Position numbers and translations under genes: made by a program. This document shows positions 19,233-26,760 of a stretch of DNA of 64,000 nucleotides, in pieces. The number at the start of each line of letters is the position of its first letter. Position 1 is the stretch's first letter. Below the pieces are notes generated by a model, which saw only the letters and a program-made list of their open reading frames with translations, was not told the origin of the DNA and did no database searches. The DNA comes from Burkholderiales bacterium (GTDB lineage Bacteria; Pseudomonadota; Gammaproteobacteria; Burkholderiales; Usitatibacteraceae), in assembly GCA_026125445.1 (NCBI GenBank), contig JAHCLE010000002.1:946-64945 (forward strand). Reading direction: 5' to 3'.

Positions 19233-20616
19233 GGCGCGCGGCCTCCTCGCCCGCGATGCGTCCGAAGGTGGTGCCGATGGCCATGCCGATGCCGGCGAGG
19301 TAGCCCTTGCCGAGGATGTTGCCGGCCATGATCTCGCCCGCGGCCCAGGCGTTGGCCGCCGGCCGGCCGTCGGCGAGCTGCATGCGCGAGCGCTCGTCCA
19401 CGGCCACCCCCAGGTAGGTGAAGGTGATGCCCGGCCGCAGCGCGTAGGCGTAGAAGGGCGGCGTGTCGATGGCGCGCGCCCAGTGCGTCTTGGGCGGCGC
19501 GAGCCCCTCGGTGCGGCAGTCGTCCTGGACCGTGTGGTCGAAGGTGCCGGGGCGCACCGACGCATTGAATTCGGCCACGGTCTTCTCGAGCGCGGCCGGG
19601 TCGAGACCCAGCTTGCCCGCGAGCTCGCGCAGCGTGTTCGCCTTCTCGGGCGGAAAGACGGGCGGCATGAACTTGCCCATGGACTTCGAGTCGATGATGG
19701 AGAAGCCGATCTGGTCCGGCTGCCCCGCCACGAGCCGGCCCCAGATTGCGTAGCGCTTGGGCCAGAAGTCCTCGCCCTCGTCGTAGAAGCGCCGGCCTTC
19801 CCTGTTGACCACGATCCCCAGCGACACCGCGTCCACGCGCGTGACGATGCCGCCGTCGTAGCGCGGGCTGCGGGCGTCGATGGCCACGCAGTGCCCCTGC
19901 GTGGCGTCGCTCACCTGCCTGGCGCCCTGCGCCAGCAGGAGCTTCAGGACCACGCCCATGTTGTACGGCGTGCCGCGCACGATGAAGTTGTCCGCCGGCG
20001 GCCCCCAGGCCTCGCGCAGCCACTCCAGGTTCGACTCGAAGCCGCCGGAGGCCACCACCACGGCCTTCGCGCGGATCTCGCGGCGCTCGCCCTTGCACTC
20101 CACGGTGACCGACTCGATGCGCCCGTCGCGAAGAACGAGGTCCACGACCTGCGTCTCGTAGGCGATCTCCACGCCCAGCGCCGCGGCCGAGCGGTAATAG
20201 GCGTTCACCAGCGCCTTGCCGCCTCCAAGAAAGAAGGCGTTGGTGCGCGAGAGGTGCAGCGTCCCCCCGAGGGGCGGCTGGAAGCGCACGCCGTGCGCGA
20301 GCATCCAGGGCACGTGCTTCTCGGTGCTGCGGATGGCCAGGCGCGCGAGGCGCTCGTCGGTGAGGCCGCCCGTCACCTTGAGGAGGTCCTGCCAGTACTC
20401 CTCCTCGGGATAGGCGTCGGTGAGGGGCGGCAGCGGCCCCTCGTGCATGGTGCGCATGTTGCGCGTGTGCCGGCTGTTGCCGCCGCGCATGGGGACCGTG
20501 GCCGCCTCCAGCATCAGCACCGAGGCGCCGGCCTCGCGCGCCGTGATGGCCGCGCAGAGCGCGGCGTTTCCGCCGCCGATCACCAGCACGTCCCACGCGC
20601 GCGAGGAATCCGCCAA
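19219..20616 (-). CDS. tcuA: FAD-dependent tricarballylate dehydrogenase
   Basis: 465 aa, near-colinear with my recollection of Salmonella TcuA ('DVLVIGGGNAALCAAITARE.GASVL', 'RGGNSRHTRN', 'FIVRGTPYN', 'PGITFTYLGV'). Confidence 0.9.
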   Translation of the reverse strand: MADSSRAWDVLVIGGGNAALCAAITAREAGASVLMLEAATVPMRGGNSRHTRNMRTMHEGPLPPLTDAYPEEEYWQDLLKVTGGLTDERLARLAIRSTEKHVPWMLAHGVRFQPPLGGTLHLSRTNAFFLGGGKALVNAYYRSAAALGVEIAYETQVVDLVLRDGRIESVTVECKGERREIRAKAVVVASGGFESNLEWLREAWGPPADNFIVRGTPYNMGVVLKLLLAQGARQVSDATQGHCVAIDARSPRYDGGIVTRVDAVSLGIVVNREGRRFYDEGEDFWPKRYAIWGRLVAGQPDQIGFSIIDSKSMGKFMPPVFPPEKANTLRELAGKLGLDPAALEKTVAEFNASVRPGTFDHTVQDDCRTEGLAPPKTHWARAIDTPPFYAYALRPGITFTYLGVAVDERSRMQLADGRPAANAWAAGEIMAGNILGKGYLAGIGMAIGTTFGRIAGEEAARHARA

Positions 20617-21315
20617 TCAGCCCTCCAGCATCAGCCCGAGGCGGGCTCGGTAGGCGGCCCGGATGTGGGCGCGCGCGGCGGCGGAGGCGGCTTCGGCGTC
20701 GTGGCGCGCGATGGCCTGCACGATGGCGTCGTGCTCGGCGCGAGCCGTCTTGGGGCGCCCCGGCACGGCGAGCGTGGTCTGCCCCAGCAGCACCATCGAC
20801 TGGCGCAGCGCGTGCACGGCGCGCATGAGGAAGCGGTTGTGGGCGCAGCGGAACATCGCCTCGTGGAAGTGGCGGTTCAGGCGCGCGAGCCGGACGGCGT
20901 CGTCGCCCGCCTCGCGGTCGCGCTGGGCCAGCTCGCGCAGGGCGTCGATCTCGGCATCGGACGCGTGCCGTGCCGCGAGGGCCGCAGCCGTGCCCTCCAG
21001 CACCTCGCGCATCACGTAGAGCTCGGCCACCATCCCGTGGTCCAGCTCGGCCACCACCATGCCGCGGGAGGGATCGCGGGTGACGAGGCCCTCGGCCTCC
21101 AGGCGCCCGAGCGCCTCGCGGATGGGCGTGCGGCTCGCACCCACCCATTCCGAGAGCTCGATCTCGCGAAGCCGCGCGCCGGGCTTGAGCGTGCCCTTCT
21201 CGATGGCGCCGAAGAGCGCCTCGTAGGCCGCATCCCCCATGGACGCGCGCGGCCCCGCCGGCTTCGCCTTGCGGACGGGCGCGCGGGACGCTCTTGCCCT
21301 GGGCTTCGCGCTCAT
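20617..21315 (-). CDS. GntR family (FadR/FCD subfamily) transcriptional regulator
   Basis: wHTH 'LREIELSEWVGASRTPIREALGRLEAEGLV' plus an FCD-like C-terminal domain. Start is ATG 21315, alternatively 21240. Confidence 0.8.
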   Translation of the reverse strand: MSAKPRARASRAPVRKAKPAGPRASMGDAAYEALFGAIEKGTLKPGARLREIELSEWVGASRTPIREALGRLEAEGLVTRDPSRGMVVAELDHGMVAELYVMREVLEGTAAALAARHASDAEIDALRELAQRDREAGDDAVRLARLNRHFHEAMFRCAHNRFLMRAVHALRQSMVLLGQTTLAVPGRPKTARAEHDAIVQAIARHDAEAASAAARAHIRAAYRARLGLMLEG

Positions 21316-21350
21316 GGAAGGAGTAGACTCGAATTGACTTCGGAAGGCCT

Positions 21351-21370
21351 TTGTATACAATCGTATACTG
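21351..21370. promoter_or_regulatory. GntR-type operator candidates TTGTATACAA + TCGTATACTG
   Basis: A perfect 10-bp palindrome fits the GntR-family nGT-Nx-ACn pattern, followed by an adjacent degenerate copy. Lies in the 92-bp divergent region between the GntR gene and the Bug gene. Confidence 0.45.
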
Positions 21371-21407
21371 CTTTCGTCCCACCGACAACAAGCCCGAGGA
21401 GAGCCCC

Positions 21408-22367
21408 ATGAAGAAGCTTCTCGCCGCCTGCGCGGCGCTCGCGTTCGCCGGCGCCGCCGCGGCGCAATCCGACTTCCCGTCGCGCACCGTGACCATGCTC
21501 GTGGGCTTCGCCCCCGGCGGCGCCACGGACACGGCCGCGCGCATCATCGCGAAGAAGCTTTCCGAGAACCTCGGCCAGACGGTGGTGGTGGAGAACAAGG
21601 CCGGCGCCGGCGGCAACATCGCGCACCAGGCCGTGGCCATCGCCCCGCCCGACGGCTACACGATCCTGCTGGGCTCCGTGGGACCTCTCGCCGTCGCCCC
21701 GCACCTCATGAAGCTCCCCTACGACCCGTTCAAGGACCTGGCCCCGCTCACCATGGCGGTCACCTTCCCGAACGTGCTGGTCGTGCACGCGGGCGTGCCG
21801 GCGAAGACCTTCGCCGAGTACGTCGCGCTCGCCAAGGCCAAGCCCGGCGCGCTGGACTTCGCCTCCACCGGCGTGGGCAGCGCTTCCCACCTCGCGGGAG
21901 AGCTCCTCAACCAGAAGGCCGGCATCAACGTCGTGCACATCCCGTACAAGGGCGGCGGCCCGGCCATGACGGACCTGCTGGGCGGGCGCGTCGGCGCGTA
22001 CTACTCCACGCCCTCCACCGCCGGCCCGCACATCGAGGCGGGCAAGCTCAGGGCGCTCGCCGTGACGAGCCTGAAGCGCTCCTCGTTCCTCCCCAACGTG
22101 CCCACCATCGCCGAATCCGGCTATCCCGGCTTCGAGGCCGAGAACTGGTACGCCTTCGTGACATCGTCAAAAGTACCTGCCGCCCTCCTCGACCGCTGGA
22201 ACAAGGAACTCGTGAAGGCGCTGAACGACCCGTCGGTCAAGGAGCAGCTCGCCAAGCACTTCCTCGAGCCCGCCCCCGGCACGCGCGAGGAGCTCGCCAA
22301 CTACATCAAGCGCGAGTACGACACCTGGGGCAAGGTCGTGAAGACGGCCGGCATCAAGGCGGAGTGA
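21408..22367 (+). CDS. Bug family (TctC-like) periplasmic tricarboxylate-binding protein
   Basis: Signal peptide MKKLLAACAALAFAGAAAAQ. 'VENKAGAGGNI', 'ASTGVGSASHL' and 'IPYKGGGPA' Bug signatures. Confidence 0.85.
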   Translation: MKKLLAACAALAFAGAAAAQSDFPSRTVTMLVGFAPGGATDTAARIIAKKLSENLGQTVVVENKAGAGGNIAHQAVAIAPPDGYTILLGSVGPLAVAPHLMKLPYDPFKDLAPLTMAVTFPNVLVVHAGVPAKTFAEYVALAKAKPGALDFASTGVGSASHLAGELLNQKAGINVVHIPYKGGGPAMTDLLGGRVGAYYSTPSTAGPHIEAGKLRALAVTSLKRSSFLPNVPTIAESGYPGFEAENWYAFVTSSKVPAALLDRWNKELVKALNDPSVKEQLAKHFLEPAPGTREELANYIKREYDTWGKVVKTAGIKAE

Positions 22368-23407
22368 CGAAGACCTTCACCGAGGCCGCGCTTTCGCGGC
22401 TCGCCACCCGGGCCCTCGTCGGGCTGGGGCTCGACGAGCGCGACGCGGCCGACGCGTCACGCATCCTCGTGCTGGGCGAGCTCATGGGGCTCTCCACGCA
22501 CGGCGTGGGACGCATCGAGTCCTACGGCGAGCGCCTGGACCTGGGCGGCATCAAGGCGCGCCCCGACATCCGCGCCGACAAGGTCGCGCCGGCCATCGCC
22601 AAGGTGGACGGCGACAACGGCGTGGGCCCGCTCGTGGGCATGCGCTCCCTGGAGGCGGCGATGACGATGGCGCGCGAGACGGGCGTGGGCATCATCTTCG
22701 CCCGGGCGAGCAACCATTTCGGCCCCGTGGCGCCCTACTGCCTCATCGCGGCCGAGGCGGGGTTCGCGAGCATCATCGGCAGCAACGCCACCACCACGAT
22801 CGCGCCCACCGGCGGGCGCGACGCGCGCCTGGGCAACAGCCCCGTGGGATTCTGCGTGCCGAACCCGGGCGGGCAGCCGATCATCCTCGACATGGCGCTC
22901 TCCGTGGTGGCGCGCGCCAAGATCCGCAATGCCGCGAAAAAGGGCGAGGCGATCCCGCCTACCTGGGCCACGGACAAGGACGGCGGGCCCACCACCGATC
23001 CGCAGGCCGCTCTCGACGGCTTCCTCCTTCCGATCGGCGGCCACAAGGGCTACGGCCTGGCGCTCATCGTTGATCTCTTCGCGGGCCTGCTCTCGGGCGC
23101 GGCCTTCCTCACGAAGGTGAGCTCCTGGTCGGAGAACCCGGAGGCGCCGCAGGACTTGGGACACTTCTTCTTCGTGATCGACGCTTCCCGCCTGGGGCCG
23201 CCCGAGTGGCTGGCGCAGCGCATGCGAGAGTTCGCGGCGATCATCCACGACACGCCGCCCGCCGATCCCGCCTCCCCCGTCCTTCTGCCCGGTGAGATCG
23301 AGCTGGGGCGTCTCGAGCGACACCGGCGCGATGGCATCGCCCTGGACCCGGCGCTGGTCGCGAAGCTGGAGGCCCTCGCCTCGCGGAATTCCCCGGCGGG
23401 CCCCTAG
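22364..23407 (+). CDS. Ldh_2 family (malate/L-lactate/sulfolactate-type) dehydrogenase
   Basis: 347 aa. GTG start overlaps the Bug stop (GTGA). 'STHGVGR', 'NHFG' and 'GGHKGYGLAL' family motifs. Confidence 0.85.
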   Translation: MTKTFTEAALSRLATRALVGLGLDERDAADASRILVLGELMGLSTHGVGRIESYGERLDLGGIKARPDIRADKVAPAIAKVDGDNGVGPLVGMRSLEAAMTMARETGVGIIFARASNHFGPVAPYCLIAAEAGFASIIGSNATTTIAPTGGRDARLGNSPVGFCVPNPGGQPIILDMALSVVARAKIRNAAKKGEAIPPTWATDKDGGPTTDPQAALDGFLLPIGGHKGYGLALIVDLFAGLLSGAAFLTKVSSWSENPEAPQDLGHFFFVIDASRLGPPEWLAQRMREFAAIIHDTPPADPASPVLLPGEIELGRLERHRRDGIALDPALVAKLEALASRNSPAGP

Positions 23408-24588
23408 CCTCCGCGCACGCGGCGCAGGCTCGCGGCGCCGAGCTCGTCGAGCCGGTTGATGCCCATCATCGCCATGTCGCGGTCGATCTCCACGCGCAGG
23501 ATGTCGATGGCGTGGCGCACGCCCGCCTCGCCGCCCACGCTCGCCGCGTAGCCGAAGGAGCGGCCCAGGAAGACGAACTTCGCGCCCAGCGCCAGCGCCT
23601 TGAGGATGTGGGTGCCGCGGCGGATACCACTGTCGAACATGACAGGGACCGACGGGCACGCTTCCACGATCTCGGGCAGCACGCGAAGCGGCGAGATGGA
23701 GCCGTCGAGCTGCCTCCCGCCGTGGTTGGAGACGATGATCCCGTCGGCGCCGCGGTCCACCGCGATGCGCGCGTCCTCCGCGGCGAGGATTCCCTTCACC
23801 ACCACGCGGCCCTTCCACATCGCGCGGATCTTCGAGAAGTGGTTCCAGTCGAGGTCGCCTCGATCCGAGAAGTCGCGCAGGACGCTCGGCGAGAGGATCG
23901 GGGCGCCGCGCGTGGCGAAGTTGTTCTCGAAGTGCGGCATGCCGTATTGCGCGATCGTCCGAAGGAACGTCCCGAACGTCCAGCGAGGCCGCACCAGGCC
24001 GTCCCACGCCATGCGAAGGCTGGGACGCAGCGGCGTGGAGAAACCGGCGCGCACGTTGTTTTCGCGATTGCCCGACATCGGCACGTCGACGGTCACCACG
24101 AGCGTCCTGTAGCCCGCGGCGGCGATGCGCTCGACGAGCGGCACGAAGCGCGCCTCGTCGCCCGTGAGGTAGGCCTGGAACCAGGCGTCCGGCGAGGCCA
24201 GCGCGACCTCCTCCAGCCGGATGAGCGACGAGCCGCTCATCGCGAAGGGGATGTCGGCCTCGCGCGCGGCCTTCGCCAGCACCAGGTCGCCGCGGTAGGC
24301 GTAGAGCGCCGCGATGCCGATGGGCGCGATGCCGAAGGGCGCGGCGTACTCGTGGCCGAAGAGCGTGGTGGCCTGCGCGCGCTTCGCCACGCCACGCAAC
24401 ACGCGCGGGATGAACTGCCACTCGTCGAAGACGGCGCGGTTGTCCTCGCGCGAGACGTTGTCCTCCACGCCGCCGCTCACGTAGGCGAACACGGGGCGCG
24501 GCAGGTGGCTTCGGGCGGCCTGCTCGAAATCGTCGAGGGAGAGGATGTGGCGAAGGCGGGGCGGGACGGGGGCGGTGGCGATGGGCAT
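23404..24588 (-). CDS. FMN-dependent alpha-hydroxy acid dehydrogenase/oxidase (LldD/glycolate oxidase family)
   Basis: 394 aa. 'VVKGILAAEDA', 'IIVSNHGGRQLD' and 'DSGIRRGTHILKALALGA' motifs. Confidence 0.85.
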   Translation of the reverse strand: MPIATAPVPPRLRHILSLDDFEQAARSHLPRPVFAYVSGGVEDNVSREDNRAVFDEWQFIPRVLRGVAKRAQATTLFGHEYAAPFGIAPIGIAALYAYRGDLVLAKAAREADIPFAMSGSSLIRLEEVALASPDAWFQAYLTGDEARFVPLVERIAAAGYRTLVVTVDVPMSGNRENNVRAGFSTPLRPSLRMAWDGLVRPRWTFGTFLRTIAQYGMPHFENNFATRGAPILSPSVLRDFSDRGDLDWNHFSKIRAMWKGRVVVKGILAAEDARIAVDRGADGIIVSNHGGRQLDGSISPLRVLPEIVEACPSVPVMFDSGIRRGTHILKALALGAKFVFLGRSFGYAASVGGEAGVRHAIDILRVEIDRDMAMMGINRLDELGAASLRRVRGG

Positions 24589-24722
24589 GCTTCGGGACGG
24601 AGGAATCGGGCTGCGGTGCCGCCATGTTACGCAATGCCGCCGGGGCTTTCCTAGTGATAGCCTTGATTGCGCCCGCCTTCCCGCACCGACACACCCGGAG
24701 AACCGCCTTGCTCGCCCGATCG

Positions 24723-25631
24723 ATGAGAGCCGCCCTCGCCTGCGCCGCCCTCCTGCTCCCCGCCGCCACGCTGGCGCAGTCCCCCATGCGCATCGTCGTT
24801 CCCGCCGAGGCGGGCACGGCGTGGGACCGCGCGGGCCGCGCGCTGGGCGCCGCCCTCCTCTCCGTGAAGGCCGCGACCCGCGTCGAGTACGCCAACCGCG
24901 GCGGCGCCGGCGGCACGCAGGCGCTGGCGGGCTTCCTGCAATCGGCGAAGGACGATCCGGACACCCTCTTCGTGGCCGGCCAGGACCTCGTCATCGCGGC
25001 CGAGCTCGACGCCACCGCGCCACGGCTCCAGGATGCCGCGCCGCTCGCGCGCCTGGCGGTGAGCCATTTCGCCGTCTTCGTTCCCGCGAGCTCCCCCCAC
25101 CGCTCCATGGCCGACCTCGCACGCGCGTTCAAGGCCGATCCCGCCGCCGTCGCCTGGGACGCAGGAGCGAGCGGCAGTGCCGGTCACCTCCTGGTCGCCT
25201 ACCTGGCGAAGACCGTCGGCGCGAACCCCGCGAAGGTTCGCCTGGCGGCCTCCCCGCAGGCGGCAAGTGCGGGCGTGGGCCGGCTGCGCGACGTCGTCGA
25301 GGCGGTGAAGTCCGGGCGCGTGCGGGCTCTCGCCGTGACCTCCCCCGCGGCCACGGGCGGGATCGCCTCGCTCAAGGAACAGGGCATCAACGTCGTGTTC
25401 GCCCACTGGCACGGGCTCTTCGCCGCGCCGGGGCTTCGGCCCTCGCAGCGCGACGAGCTGCTCGCCAAGGTGAAGGCCGCGCTCGAGACGCCTGGCTGGA
25501 AGGCGCTCCTCGCCGCCGAGGGCTGGACGCCCGTGTGGCTGCAGGGCTCCGACTACGCCCGCTTCCTCGACGAGGAGACGCGAAGCCTCAACTACCTCGC
25601 CCGGTCCGTGGGCCTGAACCCGCGCCGCTGA
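24723..25631 (+). CDS. Bug family (TctC-like) periplasmic binding protein, divergent paralogue
   Basis: Signal peptide MRAALACAALLLPAATLAQ. 'ANRGGAGGTQA' and 'DAGASGSAGHL' correspond to the Bug motifs. Start is inferred. Confidence 0.75.
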   Translation: MRAALACAALLLPAATLAQSPMRIVVPAEAGTAWDRAGRALGAALLSVKAATRVEYANRGGAGGTQALAGFLQSAKDDPDTLFVAGQDLVIAAELDATAPRLQDAAPLARLAVSHFAVFVPASSPHRSMADLARAFKADPAAVAWDAGASGSAGHLLVAYLAKTVGANPAKVRLAASPQAASAGVGRLRDVVEAVKSGRVRALAVTSPAATGGIASLKEQGINVVFAHWHGLFAAPGLRPSQRDELLAKVKAALETPGWKALLAAEGWTPVWLQGSDYARFLDEETRSLNYLARSVGLNPRR

Positions 25632-25638
25632 TACGACC

Positions 25639-26157
25639 ATGCCCGGGAGCGTATTGCTTCGCTTCTACCGCCGCGCCTGGGACGACCACCGCGGCCGCAG
25701 CCTGGACGCCATCCGCGCCTTCGACACCGAACGGCTGGAGGGCACGCACGATTTCATCCAGTGGCTCTTCCCCCTGCCGGAGCCCAGCGGCGCCAGCGCC
25801 CACGCCCCCATCCTCTCCCGCGACGACATCGCCGCCTTCCTGGCCGATCCGGCGCTTCGCGACGAGCTTCGCAAGTCGCTGGACGTGATGCTCGCCTTCT
25901 ACGGGCTCGCGCGAAGCGGTTCCGGGGAGGAGACGGCGATCGCGCGCGGCGCCAACTACGCCACCCGGAGCGCCGAGTGGCTGGACCGCCCGCACAACTT
26001 CCTGCGCTTGAGCCGCATCCTGCGCAGCCTGGCACTCCTGGGATGCAAGCCGGAAGCGCGCGCGCTCCTCGCCTGCCTGGAGGAGATCGCGAAGGAGAAC
26101 GGCTGGGCCCTGGGCTCCGACACGCTGAGCTACTGGCGCAGGGCCGCCGCTTCCTAG
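25639..26157 (+). CDS. opioid-growth-factor-receptor (OGFr) N-terminal-domain-like protein
   Basis: 172 aa. 'LEGTHDFIQWLFPL' resembles the conserved core of bacterial OGFr-like proteins as I recall it. Confidence 0.55.
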   Translation: MPGSVLLRFYRRAWDDHRGRSLDAIRAFDTERLEGTHDFIQWLFPLPEPSGASAHAPILSRDDIAAFLADPALRDELRKSLDVMLAFYGLARSGSGEETAIARGANYATRSAEWLDRPHNFLRLSRILRSLALLGCKPEARALLACLEEIAKENGWALGSDTLSYWRRAAAS

Positions 26158-26663
26158 CGCCGGCCGCGCTCGCGCGGCAGCGGCAGGTGGATGGTGGTGT
26201 CGTTCTTCACCTCCTCGATCACCGCGAAGGTGTGCGTCTCGCGCACCGCCGGCAGCTCCACCAGCACCTTCGTGAGCACGTCGCGGTAGACCGCCATGCT
26301 CTCGACGCGCACCTTGATGAGGTAGTCGAAGCCGCCGGCCACCATGTGGCACTCGACGATCTCGGGAATGCCCGCCACCGCGCTCGCGAAGCGCTTGAAG
26401 GCGTCGCTCGTGGTGCGGTCGAGCCGGATCTCGACGAAGACCACCATCGCCTGCCCCAGCTTCGCCGGGTCGAGGATGGCGCGGTATCCCTGGATGTAGC
26501 CCGACTGCTCCAGCGCGCGCACGCGCACGAGGCAGGCGGCCGGGCTCAGGTGGCAGCGGCCCGCCAGCTCGACGTTGGTGATGCGTCCGTTCCTCTGCAG
26601 CTCGGCCAGGATGCGCCGGTCAGTGGCGTCGATCGTTCGGTCAATAAGCTTTTTTTCCGTCAT
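26154..26663 (-). CDS. Lrp/AsnC family regulator (PutR-like, divergent from putA)
   Basis: 169 aa. 'LDATDRRILAELQRNGRITNVELAGRCHLSPAACLVRVRALEQSGYI' HTH plus an RAM domain. Confidence 0.9.
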   Translation of the reverse strand: MTEKKLIDRTIDATDRRILAELQRNGRITNVELAGRCHLSPAACLVRVRALEQSGYIQGYRAILDPAKLGQAMVVFVEIRLDRTTSDAFKRFASAVAGIPEIVECHMVAGGFDYLIKVRVESMAVYRDVLTKVLVELPAVRETHTFAVIEEVKNDTTIHLPLPRERGRR

Positions 26664-26760
26664 ATCTCTTGTTCATGGTGAGCCGTTGCCTGCGATTCTA
26701 CGGCAATCACCCCTCATTACCAGACAACATCCCGCGAGACGCATGATAGTCTGCCGCCCC

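Noticed and set aside
24589-24722. GCAAT...ATTGC 5-bp inverted repeat about 31 nt apart in the lldD-like/Bug divergent region, as a regulator site.
   Set aside because: The arms are too short and too widely spaced to distinguish from chance, and there is no adjacent regulator gene.
26686-26706. TTGCC-N11-GGCAA inverted repeat between the Lrp-type gene and putA, as a PutR operator.
   Set aside because: The arms are only 5 bp and the spacer is long, so such matches are expected by chance. I know of no consensus to compare it with.
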